DNA from: Candidatus Nanoarchaeia archaeon
GTDB taxonomy: Archaea > Nanobdellota > Nanobdellia > Woesearchaeales > GW2011-AR9
NCBI GenBank assembly: GCA_035288985.1
Contig: DATDYP010000025.1
Location: forward strand, 1 to 62,077
Length of the DNA stretch: 62,077 bases
Direction: 5' to 3'
The notes below the pieces were generated by a model, which did not search any database, had not been told where the DNA came from, and saw only the letters and a program-made list of their open reading frames with translations. Positions 38,346 through 47,796 of the stretch are shown in pieces (the first letter of the stretch is position 1; every line of letters starts with the position of its first letter). A program made the translations under genes and the position numbers.

Positions 38346-39110
38346 AAACACCAAGCCCAGCATTAAGAGAATACCCATAATTAAGGCAATGATATGCCAG
38401 AAAGATTCCTTCCAGCCGCAGTTCTTGTGCAGTTCCGGGATGAGGTTTGCGCCAGCGATGTAGATGAATCCTCCAGCAGCAAAGGGAAGGATAAAATGGA
38501 TGAATTGTTCGCCTTTCGCTCCCAGAAGTAAACCGACAACAGCGCCGACAATGGCAACAGCTGCAGAAAGAAAATTGAACAGCACAGCTTTGCTTTTAGA
38601 GTAGCCAGCATACAACAACACACCAAAATCAGCAATTTCCTGAGGAACTTCATGCAAGATAACAGCAATAGTAGTAGCAATCCCTGCCGGAACACTCACT
38701 AAGTAGGCTCCAGCAATGACCAAACCGTCAAGAAAATTGTGCAGCCCGTCACCAGCCAGGTTAAGAATTCCAATATGATGCTTATGCGGTTCATGCAGTA
38801 AAGGATAACTATGTTTGTGATGTGGAGTTCCACAATGATGCGCATGGATGAATTTCTCAACAATGAAAAACGCCAGCACGCCGCCAAGAACTGACAAGGC
38901 TACCGGTATTCCAAATCCCTGCTCTTCCACCGCTTCTGGAAGGAGATGCAGAAAAGCGCCGCCCAGCAATGTGCCTGCAGAAACACTCACCATGACCAGA
39001 AGCATCTTGCTGAGCTTCTGCTTTGTCAGAATCAGAGAGACCACTCCTACTAACGAGACTAAGGAAACGATGATGACGCTTATTATCGCATAGATTGAAT
39101 TCAGATCCAT
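38337..39110 (-). CDS. ZIP-family zinc transporter
   Basis: HLLPEA, His-rich loop, LHNFLDG, LHEVPQEIADF. Confidence 0.93.
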   Translation of the reverse strand: MDLNSIYAIISVIIVSLVSLVGVVSLILTKQKLSKMLLVMVSVSAGTLLGGAFLHLLPEAVEEQGFGIPVALSVLGGVLAFFIVEKFIHAHHCGTPHHKHSYPLLHEPHKHHIGILNLAGDGLHNFLDGLVIAGAYLVSVPAGIATTIAVILHEVPQEIADFGVLLYAGYSKSKAVLFNFLSAAVAIVGAVVGLLLGAKGEQFIHFILPFAAGGFIYIAGANLIPELHKNCGWKESFWHIIALIMGILLMLGLVFLE

Positions 39111-39171
39111 GCCAGAAGTAAAAAAGACAGTCTTTATAAATATTATTGATTCTCATTATCAATAAAAGGGA

Positions 39172-40074
39172 TTAAATTATAGTTTGCGAATGTTCATGCG
39201 CTGGACATCCCACTTGTCCTACCGGACTGAAAGGAATTCCGTCCTCGTACATCATTGCTTCTACAGTGTGCTGGAAACTATGAGCGACCGAAGGATTGTA
39301 ACGGAAAATAGGAGAATGTGTTACAAGGCGCACATGGGTTTCTGAGTCGTAGCCATTTTTAATGTCTGTCTGGGTAAGCCTCCGAGCTGACAACTCCAGG
39401 TCGTATTTGCTGCCCATAACAAGCAAGGAATTAGGTTGATTCTCAAAAACAACATCAAGATTACCATCAAGGCTCTCCTCTATTTTGTCAAAGAGTTTAG
39501 GAAAATCATCTTCATGCAAAAGATAACTTGGTCCTGACTGCCTCCGATATAATGTGCTAAGACTCATGGCGCCAAGAGCCATGGGAAAGCCCAGTACTAC
39601 TCCGACAAGGTGAGTTGCGGCATTTTCCAATGATACAACAGCAGCATTAACATATGCACCTAATCCAGCTTCCACAGCAGTTCCTGAAACTACACAAGAT
39701 GATTCGTTTATTACAACTGCTGCAAGCATGTCAGTGCCAGCAATCTTTTTATCGGCATTTCTTGCCGCAGTATATACGTGTACAGCGCCATAAATCAGCC
39801 CGCTGCTTAAGCCCAGGACAGTTCCAGATATTTGCGGATTTACTTCAACTATTTCTGCCGCTCTTAAGCCTGCTGCTATCAGTTCACCAGAAAATTCTCC
39901 AACAGTACAGGCACCATAACATCCTAACTCCATGGAAACATTGCTGCCAAGCTCCCGCTTAAAAGCCTGCCATCTGGTCAATTCCTGGCGTTTTCCATTA
40001 AGAGCATCTGCGAGATCATCTAAAGTGCAAGGATGTCGTATCTGATTCATTTTACCACTCACCTTGAATAACAT
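39172..40074 (-). CDS. Hypothetical protein with Gly/Ala-rich hydrophobic helices
   Basis: 300-aa ORF, no known motif. Confidence 0.55.
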   Translation of the reverse strand: MLFKVSGKMNQIRHPCTLDDLADALNGKRQELTRWQAFKRELGSNVSMELGCYGACTVGEFSGELIAAGLRAAEIVEVNPQISGTVLGLSSGLIYGAVHVYTAARNADKKIAGTDMLAAVVINESSCVVSGTAVEAGLGAYVNAAVVSLENAATHLVGVVLGFPMALGAMSLSTLYRRQSGPSYLLHEDDFPKLFDKIEESLDGNLDVVFENQPNSLLVMGSKYDLELSARRLTQTDIKNGYDSETHVRLVTHSPIFRYNPSVAHSFQHTVEAMMYEDGIPFSPVGQVGCPAHEHSQTII

Positions 40075-40107
40075 TTATAAAGATTATTGAGAATTCTTAT
40101 CAATTAG

Positions 40108-40467
40108 ATGAAACGAGAGACCAAGCAGAAACAGATAATTCTGGGGGAAATAACAGCGCTTAGTTCCTTCTTTAACGCAGAAGAATTACATCAAAAGGTT
40201 TCCCAGAATAATCCAAAAATAGGAATCGCCACCGTCTATCGTTTTCTGAACGATTTGGCAGCCAAAGGAGAAATCCATTCCTTCCTCTGCGACAGAAGGA
40301 CAATCTATTCCAACAGCAAAAAGAACCACTGCCACTTCACCTGCGAGAGATGCGGGGAGCGGAAGCACATTGATATCAGAAAACTAGACTTTCTAGATAA
40401 GCAGGTGGATGGAGAGGTTTGTCATTTCCAGATTGATGTGACGGGAGTTTGTAAGAAGTGTAGGTGA
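40108..40467 (+). CDS. fur: Fur-family metalloregulator (probably Zur)
   Basis: IGIATVYRFL, HCHFTCERC, CKKC; close to the ZIP transporter. Confidence 0.9.
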   Translation: MKRETKQKQIILGEITALSSFFNAEELHQKVSQNNPKIGIATVYRFLNDLAAKGEIHSFLCDRRTIYSNSKKNHCHFTCERCGERKHIDIRKLDFLDKQVDGEVCHFQIDVTGVCKKCR

Positions 40468-40500
40468 GGGGTTATAAAATAGATTCTATTTGTGTTAATT

Positions 40501-41514
40501 TTACCCAACCATCCTTTTTACGACCATCGTCGCATAACTCCCTTTTCCTAAAGTAAAACTAATCTTCACTTTTTTCTTTCCGAGATTCAATTCATCGTTT
40601 GTTTTCCTTCCGATCCTCATCTCTTTCACCGCAACAAAAACATTCCGCAATTCCCCTTCTAAACTTAATTCTGGAATCTGCTTGATCACAAAATCAGAAT
40701 GAGCAAGCTGTTCTTCTTTAAGTATTGTATTTATGATCTCCTGAACATCTTTTTCAAAATCAGATTTGCCAAAACCGAGTAAAGGAATCTTCAAATCCTG
40801 AAACCGTTCCGCGTCAGTCACAAAGATAAAATCCCCTTCAGAATAAGGAACAATTTTCAAAACTTTCCCTTTTTTATTCAAATATTCTGCAACAGTCTTA
40901 TTCCACAGATAACTCTGATAAGCATTGACATACATCCGTAATAGCCGGAGAGGCAGCTTCTTCAAGGCACCGACATAATCTTTAGGCTTTTCCTCTAAAT
41001 ATCTCTTAACCTTAAAATCATCGATCAAAGAAGTGGCCTGGGCAAAGTCTTTCTTTACTAAATTCCTTCCGATCAGTACATTATGTTTAGAAAACCGTTG
41101 TTCGTCAAAATAATTTTCCACCAGAGAAGTTTTCTCAATCGTTTCATCTTCAATATTTCTGATAGTGATCTCAAAATGATTCCCTTCCAAGTCTCCCAAT
41201 GATATCGGTTTATTCCCGTAACCAAGAAAATCTACTGAAACATTGGGTATATCTACCTGTTCCACTCGTTCTTTCTTTACCCCAGCGACAGAAATAACCT
41301 GCTTGGTTACCGCTTGTTTATCCTTGCTGCCGGCAAAGCCGATATCTTTTTCTTTCACCCCTAACCTTCGCGCCAGCTCCTTGACTGCATCGAGAGTATT
41401 TCTTCCTCTCTTGGTAAGCCAGAAATAAGAATACCTTCCTTGCGGAGAAGTTTCCACTGCCGGAAGCTCGGTGACAACAAAATCTTCAGGAAGCTGTTTG
41501 AGTTGGTATGCCAT
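40501..41514 (-). CDS. truD: tRNA pseudouridine(13) synthase
   Basis: PEDFVVTE, GFAGSKDKQAVTKQ, GNHFEITIR, NYFDEQRFS, FTLGKGSYAT. Confidence 0.94.
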   Translation of the reverse strand: MAYQLKQLPEDFVVTELPAVETSPQGRYSYFWLTKRGRNTLDAVKELARRLGVKEKDIGFAGSKDKQAVTKQVISVAGVKKERVEQVDIPNVSVDFLGYGNKPISLGDLEGNHFEITIRNIEDETIEKTSLVENYFDEQRFSKHNVLIGRNLVKKDFAQATSLIDDFKVKRYLEEKPKDYVGALKKLPLRLLRMYVNAYQSYLWNKTVAEYLNKKGKVLKIVPYSEGDFIFVTDAERFQDLKIPLLGFGKSDFEKDVQEIINTILKEEQLAHSDFVIKQIPELSLEGELRNVFVAVKEMRIGRKTNDELNLGKKKVKISFTLGKGSYATMVVKRMVG

Positions 41515-42490
41515 TATTCCAGTTGTAATTTCGTACTCTTCCTTCTAAAAGAGCGGTGTCGTCAAATGCGGCTTCATAACCTTGCCGCTGCGGCAAAAAT
41601 CCCATGATCGGTTCTATATGAGCTTGGTTTAGACGCCGTAGCCTGGTTTTTTCACCGAATTGAACAAGCAGTAAAGTTCTGTTCAGCAGCTTCATATACA
41701 AGCCTACAGCCTGCTGCGAAACTACTGGAAAAGGCAGAAAGGTAAGCGGGTTTTTATTGCCTCCTTTCAGCTTCGCTTCTGCAATAGCATAAGCAGCAGC
41801 TATTTCATGAGCTTCAATGTATTCGATCAAGCTTGGTTCAGGACTGTTTTCTCTGGTATAACGCAATCCCCGGAATACTTTGCTTTCTACACCTAACTCC
41901 TTGCTGGCAAAACTATAAGGGATAAGATATTCTGAAATTGATGTTGGAAAATACACCTGAATACTCTGGATTTTAAAACGATGCCTAGCATGATGCTCCC
42001 TTCTGGAAGGAGTGCTGACTAAATAGGAGCCGCCTTCAGCACGAACCCTGCGTGCGTTGTCATATGTCCCTTCTACTTTTATATCAGCACCTGGAAGTGT
42101 AGGTCCATAAGCAAGAATACGAGCTGCTTCCAAAAGCTCTACCAAAGGGACACGCCGAGTAACCCGATCCTGGCCTTGTAGCGGCCTGAAAGAGTATCCG
42201 CACAAGTAAGGATTGATTTTTAGCTGCGGATTGGTGAGGGCTTCCCTAAACAGATCTAATGGTCTTTTTCCAAAAAGAGAACTTCTACTCAAAGTGAGGG
42301 TCTCACCATGCTTCAAGAATTTAGCAGTCCAGAAGCGAGGATAAAAAACAGTTTCAGGTATGACTGCATATTGATGGGGTTGTAACCCTTCTAATCCGGC
42401 GATGATTCTTCTTTCTAACAAAAGAGGTTCTTTCCCTTCCCTAATCTCCGCAGGTGTCGGTCTTGCAAAAAACTGTTTCTTCTCATCCAT
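41486..42490 (-). CDS. Hypothetical protein
   Basis: 334-aa ORF in an operon-like arrangement with truD. Confidence 0.6.
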   Translation of the reverse strand: MDEKKQFFARPTPAEIREGKEPLLLERRIIAGLEGLQPHQYAVIPETVFYPRFWTAKFLKHGETLTLSRSSLFGKRPLDLFREALTNPQLKINPYLCGYSFRPLQGQDRVTRRVPLVELLEAARILAYGPTLPGADIKVEGTYDNARRVRAEGGSYLVSTPSRREHHARHRFKIQSIQVYFPTSISEYLIPYSFASKELGVESKVFRGLRYTRENSPEPSLIEYIEAHEIAAAYAIAEAKLKGGNKNPLTFLPFPVVSQQAVGLYMKLLNRTLLLVQFGEKTRLRRLNQAHIEPIMGFLPQRQGYEAAFDDTALLEGRVRNYNWNNGIPTQTAS

Positions 42491-42518
42491 GGTTATACTG
42501 CAGAATATAGGTCTGCTT

Positions 42519-43031
42519 TTAAAATTTCACTTCCAAATAAACAACTTTTGCATCTTCCGGATTGTCAAAAAAGACCATATTTTTACAGTTCCTGAAAAAA
42601 GAAAATGCCCGGCCTTGATTTTCTTTTATTTTTTGTTCATCAACCCTAACCGCATTAAAGCCCTTCCCTTTCTGTTCAATACCTAGCACAAAGCCAGCTT
42701 TCCCTAACCACAGATGAAATTTATGTGGGGCTTTAAATTCAGAATGATTCAGGCTGTTTGATCCGGCTTCGTTGAGGAAATAAGCCACTTCATCTTCCTT
42801 ATTTTGTTCCAGCCAATTATAAAGATCATATTTATTGGACAGAATAACGCCATATTCTTCATTCAGAAGATCCACAATTGCCCACTTGGCATTACCGTAT
42901 CTAGCAATAACCTCATCAGAAATTAAATGCGAGCGCGGCTCTTCTGGTTCATATATTGGTAACTCCTGATAACTAGAACAGTCAATATTTCCCAATGCCT
43001 GCTGAAGGGTTTTGCTGAAATGAAGCACCAT
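42519..43031 (-). CDS. Degenerate GHKL/HATPase_c-like protein
   Basis: N-box-like NEAGSNSLNH, G1-like EQKGKGF (canonical DxGxG), QGRAF. Confidence 0.5.
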   Translation of the reverse strand: MVLHFSKTLQQALGNIDCSSYQELPIYEPEEPRSHLISDEVIARYGNAKWAIVDLLNEEYGVILSNKYDLYNWLEQNKEDEVAYFLNEAGSNSLNHSEFKAPHKFHLWLGKAGFVLGIEQKGKGFNAVRVDEQKIKENQGRAFSFFRNCKNMVFFDNPEDAKVVYLEVKF

Positions 43032-43103
43032 AAAATTAAGATTCCTTTATTTCTTTTAAAAACTTGCCCAGAAGAAAGATTATTAAACAAATAATATTTA
43101 CTC

Positions 43104-43850
43104 TTGAGTATGAAAAAAGAGTTAGGGCTTTTGTTATGTTTAATAATGGTACTGGGATGCTCTGAACAGCAATCTTTTGATACAGTCACCCCAGAACAAC
43201 CAGCAAATTCTTTGTCTGAAGAGACTAATGATGATCTCCGCTTTATCGTTGCCAATCCGCTAGAACTTTCCCAGATCCAAAGGATGTCCACGTTTCGGAG
43301 TTGTATCGGCCATGATTATAGTGGCTTAAATACTGACGGAGAAAAGGAAACCTTGCGCTCCATGAAACATTACCTTGAACCACTTCCCTCCTTAATCGGC
43401 ATAGATCAAATTAAGATTTTCGCGCCCTTTGAGGGGAAAGTTGTCGAAATTCTGGATGGACCGCCGGGCAAAGCAATATATATCTCTGCCAAGGCCGCTC
43501 CCAGCTGGAAATTTATTTTCTTCCATGCTGATATTATGCCTGGACTACAAGAAGGGGCTACTGTTAAAGCGGGTCAATTACTCGGCCATGCTTCTCCAGG
43601 GATCTCAGCTAATTTTGATATCGGTTTAAAACAGTTTAGCTGGAAGGGCCAGGTTTTCGATTCGCCATTTATGCACATGGCTAATTCAATTTTAGAGGAG
43701 TACGCTGCAAACGGCATTACCCCAGAAAATATTATTTTCTCCAAAGAAGCGAGGGATGCTGAACCCTGTCCGGTTGAAGGAACTAAGAATGGTGATGCGC
43801 TCTTTACCGGTTATAGAGATCAAGATTTTGTAGCGCTCTATGAACGCTAA
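43104..43850 (+). CDS. Putative lipoprotein with M23/LytM-like fold
   Basis: Lipobox VLGC; IFAPFEGKVV, FIFFHAD and ATVKAGQLLGHA resemble M23 strands; canonical HxH absent. Confidence 0.55.
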   Translation: MSMKKELGLLLCLIMVLGCSEQQSFDTVTPEQPANSLSEETNDDLRFIVANPLELSQIQRMSTFRSCIGHDYSGLNTDGEKETLRSMKHYLEPLPSLIGIDQIKIFAPFEGKVVEILDGPPGKAIYISAKAAPSWKFIFFHADIMPGLQEGATVKAGQLLGHASPGISANFDIGLKQFSWKGQVFDSPFMHMANSILEEYAANGITPENIIFSKEARDAEPCPVEGTKNGDALFTGYRDQDFVALYER

Positions 43851-43888
43851 ATAGCAACAATTATAAATTCATAAAAAGTACTACAGCT

Positions 43889-43951
43889 ATGAAGAAGGTG
43901 ATTTATATTGTGGTAGGAATCATCATTTTTTCATAGGCTGTGAACACTAAC
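43889..43951 (+). pseudogene. Truncated lipoprotein signal-peptide stub MKKVIYIVVGIIIFFIGCEH
   Basis: Promoter and start region 43856-43902 matches 45234-45280 at 40 of 47 nt. Confidence 0.65.
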
Positions 43952-43969
43952 TTTATATATTCTCATTAA

Positions 43970-45193
43970 TTGATAAAGAGAGTGAGAGATGTTAAAGAAA
44001 AAGAGGCGATAGGAAGAAACATCTGGAAATTTGGGTTATATAATTTTATAGATCACATTAGAATGATCTGGATGATTAAAACTCTTTTTCTTCTATGGTT
44101 GGGATTTAATTTCAGCAACATAAGTATATATGAATCTATTTTAGCTTTTGTAATCTTCTTGTTTGAAGTCCCCTTAGGGGCTTTAGCAGATTTTATAGGT
44201 AAAAGAAAAGCACTCATTATTTCTGCAGTTCTGCATGGTCTTGGGTTTATGTTAATGGGAATAATGAATGCCCCTTTGCATTATTATTTTATTGCCATAA
44301 TCATGGGCTTAGCGTTCTCTTTCTTTTCTGGTTCTGATGTTGCCTTACTTTATGATTCATTAAAAAGAGTAAATCGAGAGAAAGAGTATAAGAGAATAAG
44401 GGGAAGAATTAATGCAATTGGGCATGTTGGCTTAGTAATTGGTGTTTTTGTAGGACCGGCCCTCTATTTAATGAATCCAAAACTGGGTTTTCTTTCTAAT
44501 GGAGCAATATACTTTTTAGGAGCAATAGTTCTAATGACCATGAAGGAACCATATCAATGCCCCCATAAATTTACAATTAAGAAACATTGGCAACAAACAA
44601 TTGATGGCTTAACATTTTCTTTCAAACATATTCAAGTAAGGTGGGTGATCTTTTACTTTTTTCTGGGACATATTATCTACGAATTGGTTTTTACATTTTT
44701 TCAGCAACCAGTATTAACAAATGTAGGGATAGCCGTTGAGTTTTTTGGGATATTTTTTGCGAGCATGATTGGGATAAGAGCAATAGGTGCTTATTTTGCA
44801 GATTACATTGAAAAATTTCTACAAGAAAATATTACATTACTATTTGTTCTGTTAAGTCATGTTGCTATCTTGTGGTTCTTAGCAAGTGGGAACTTATTTG
44901 TAGTTGTCCCCTTCATCGGCCTGTTGTATTTCATTTATGGTTTTGAAGATGTGATACTAGAAGATTACATTAATGCGCATATCTCTTCAAATAAACGGGC
45001 CACCGTCCTCTCTGTCCAAAGTATGTTTCATAATGCAATGATGATATTTATCTTCGTTGTCGTAGGTAAAGCTATTGATATTTTTTCAATGGGAACAACT
45101 TTACGATATGCTTCAATGCTGCTGCTATTATTCACTTTTATTCTGTTTATGTATAAGAGAGGGTTAACTATAAAGAATAAGCTCCAAGCTTAG
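43970..45193 (+). CDS. MFS transporter
   Basis: EVPLGALADFIGKRK MFS motif A, FSGSDVALLYDSL, about 12 hydrophobic segments; AT-rich. Confidence 0.9.
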   Translation: MIKRVRDVKEKEAIGRNIWKFGLYNFIDHIRMIWMIKTLFLLWLGFNFSNISIYESILAFVIFLFEVPLGALADFIGKRKALIISAVLHGLGFMLMGIMNAPLHYYFIAIIMGLAFSFFSGSDVALLYDSLKRVNREKEYKRIRGRINAIGHVGLVIGVFVGPALYLMNPKLGFLSNGAIYFLGAIVLMTMKEPYQCPHKFTIKKHWQQTIDGLTFSFKHIQVRWVIFYFFLGHIIYELVFTFFQQPVLTNVGIAVEFFGIFFASMIGIRAIGAYFADYIEKFLQENITLLFVLLSHVAILWFLASGNLFVVVPFIGLLYFIYGFEDVILEDYINAHISSNKRATVLSVQSMFHNAMMIFIFVVVGKAIDIFSMGTTLRYASMLLLLFTFILFMYKRGLTIKNKLQA

Positions 45194-45266
45194 TTTAATT
45201 CTAATACTCTGAAAATCAAAAACTGAAAATAATAACAATTATAAACTCATAAAAACTACTAACCCT

Positions 45267-46493
45267 ATGAAAAAAGTGATAGTATTTCTTTTATTCTTAG
45301 TTTTGATTATGGTAGGTTGCGTTCAACAACCAGAAGAAACTAAATCGGATAACCAACCAGTAACTGAAGAAGCAATACCTGAACCTGCTGAAGATTCTTT
45401 AACAGATGATGCAGAAGGATATGACCCAGAGAAAGAACTATCTGTAGAAGAACGGCACTGGAAGAGAGTATTTGCTAAAGCATTTGAAACAGCTGAATGT
45501 CCTGAGCCTCGTGATCCGAGTAGTTTGCCAGAGGGGTATTATAAGGGTCCAATGATAGATACACATATCCATCTACAAAACTTACCGGGCGGTGCGCCAG
45601 GATTCCCTGATGATTACTATACGGGAGATAATTTAGGAATAAAGCGCAGCATGGATGAATGGGTTTGTATGATCAATGTTGAAGGCACTAAACAAGTGTG
45701 GGGTTTCTTTCCAGTTGCTGAGCCTATAGTGCAAGAATCTGTAGACGTAGTTAAGATGACTTTAGAAAAATATCCTAATCTTTTTGTCCCTTTTATCAAT
45801 CCGCCAGGCCAGGTTGAAGCTACAGTCGCTGCAGAAGAACTGGAGATGATGTTAAATTTGGAACACGGATTATTCAAAGGTTATGGTGAAATAGGTTTAT
45901 ATGGAAATCCTAATTCTCCGCCACTTTCACCAACTTCTACAATATTGATGGGAATTTATCCAGTAATCGAGAAGCATAAATTAGTTGTCTATTTCCATCT
46001 TGGCGAGGGTCAAAAAGAATCATATCAGGATGTTGCTAGAGCAAATCCAAATATTACTTTTGTTTTCCATGGGGGTAATTTGTTTGATATCAGTAAGACT
46101 CAAGCAGGTATATCGCATGATGAAAAAGTTTTAGTGCTTATAGAAGAATTACTTTACAATAATCCAAATATTTATTATACGGTGAATGAACTTTATGGAG
46201 GGGATTGGTTATTAGAGCCAGGCAGAAGCAAAGAGAAATTTTTAGAAAATTTTGCGGATTATGAAGCTTTACTTGAGATCGATCTTCCCATGTGGAAATG
46301 GTTTATTGAAAGACATCCGGATCAAGTGTTATGGGGCACAGATAGGGGAGGTCCAGCTATTTGGGATAAAGATCCTGAGGTTGCATTGACTTTGAATAAT
46401 TATACCCGTGTATTTATTGACAGGCTTGATCCTGCTGTTCAGGAAAATTTTGCCTATAAGAATGCAGAAAGAATAGTGGGAAAAATACAATAA
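45267..46493 (+). CDS. Putative lipoprotein amidohydrolase (TIM-barrel metallohydrolase)
   Basis: Lipobox MVGC; IDTHIH, GYGEIGLY, YFHL, WGTD. Confidence 0.75.
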   Translation: MKKVIVFLLFLVLIMVGCVQQPEETKSDNQPVTEEAIPEPAEDSLTDDAEGYDPEKELSVEERHWKRVFAKAFETAECPEPRDPSSLPEGYYKGPMIDTHIHLQNLPGGAPGFPDDYYTGDNLGIKRSMDEWVCMINVEGTKQVWGFFPVAEPIVQESVDVVKMTLEKYPNLFVPFINPPGQVEATVAAEELEMMLNLEHGLFKGYGEIGLYGNPNSPPLSPTSTILMGIYPVIEKHKLVVYFHLGEGQKESYQDVARANPNITFVFHGGNLFDISKTQAGISHDEKVLVLIEELLYNNPNIYYTVNELYGGDWLLEPGRSKEKFLENFADYEALLEIDLPMWKWFIERHPDQVLWGTDRGGPAIWDKDPEVALTLNNYTRVFIDRLDPAVQENFAYKNAERIVGKIQ

Positions 46494-46494
46494 C

Positions 46495-47760
46495 ATGAAA
46501 ATAATGATAGTTCTATTTTTGCTCGGAGTAATTTTTTTAAGCAGCTGCTCTATTAGTGAACAGATCCAGGAAAACAAAGAAATAATTGAGAATATTGATA
46601 TTGAGCCTAAAGAGGAGGCAGTTGTCCAGAAACCTGCTGAACTAGAAAATGAATCTCAAATCATTCTTGAACCTGAACAGCCAGAAATAATTCTTTCTCC
46701 TGAAGAACAACTCTGGCGAAAAAGAATAGAAAAAGCCCTAGCACCAACTCCTTGTCCAGATATTGTTAAATTAGAATACCCTGCCTCTTATTACCACGGC
46801 CCCTTAATTGATACACATCTACATATTCCTTCAATACCTGATTGGTCAGCTGAAGAGGAAGAAGATTTGCCAACCGATCAGGCACCAGAAGGCAGGTTCG
46901 GTGGTCCACAAGCACTTCTGGGCTGGAATGTAAAAATGAGTGAGATTGCCTGTACCTTACAACGTGAAGGTACGCACAACAATTTTGCCTTCTTCCCTGC
47001 TTACGAAGGAGAAATCTCTCTCTATCAGCTTGAGATCTGGAAGAGAACTATGCAAGAATATCCAGATCAGTTTACTCCTTTCATCATGTCTTCCGGAAAT
47101 GATGATGATCCTAATGGCTTCCCAACTGTTGATGCTGATACTCTGAAAGAAATGCTGGCTGTTTACCCTGGTTTGTTTGACGGCTACGGTGAAATAGGTT
47201 TGTACGCTCGTGAAAATGGCGGATCTCCAGAACTTCCTCCTGATTCCAAGAGACTTTTAGAGATTTATCCCCTTATCAAAGAAAACAACTTAGTTATCTA
47301 CTTCCATCTTGGCGACGGCCATAAAGATAATTTTGAAAAAGTCTTGAAACAATATCCAGATATTACCTTCATCTGGCATGGAGACCAACTCACTGTAGAT
47401 GAGGTTAAGAACATACTCAGTAAATATCCTAATGCTTACTACGGAATCGATGAATTTTTTGGCGGGGAAAGAGAGATTTTTGAACTTTATGTAGGGAAAA
47501 GTAAAGAAGAGTATCTGAAAGCAGCCAATACCAAGTTTGATAAGATTATCCAGCAAGCGATAAGTCACTGGAAATCCCTAATTGAACAGTATCCTGATCA
47601 AGTTATTTGGGGTACTGATCGCGGCGATGCAGTGTGGAATTACGACCAGGATGTAGGGCAAATGCAGGTGAAAATTGCAAGAGCTTTTATCGGAAAGCTT
47701 GATCCTGTAGTGCAAGAAAAGTTTGCCTATAAGAATGCAGAACGATTATTAAAAGAATAG
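46495..47760 (+). CDS. Putative lipoprotein amidohydrolase, tandem paralog
   Basis: Lipobox LSSC; IDTHLH, GYGEIGLY, YFHL, IWHG, WGTD; C-terminus nearly identical to the upstream gene. Confidence 0.75.
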   Translation: MKIMIVLFLLGVIFLSSCSISEQIQENKEIIENIDIEPKEEAVVQKPAELENESQIILEPEQPEIILSPEEQLWRKRIEKALAPTPCPDIVKLEYPASYYHGPLIDTHLHIPSIPDWSAEEEEDLPTDQAPEGRFGGPQALLGWNVKMSEIACTLQREGTHNNFAFFPAYEGEISLYQLEIWKRTMQEYPDQFTPFIMSSGNDDDPNGFPTVDADTLKEMLAVYPGLFDGYGEIGLYARENGGSPELPPDSKRLLEIYPLIKENNLVIYFHLGDGHKDNFEKVLKQYPDITFIWHGDQLTVDEVKNILSKYPNAYYGIDEFFGGEREIFELYVGKSKEEYLKAANTKFDKIIQQAISHWKSLIEQYPDQVIWGTDRGDAVWNYDQDVGQMQVKIARAFIGKLDPVVQEKFAYKNAERLLKE

Positions 47761-47796
47761 AGCAAGATTTTTAAAACAGAATAAGAATTATCTTCT

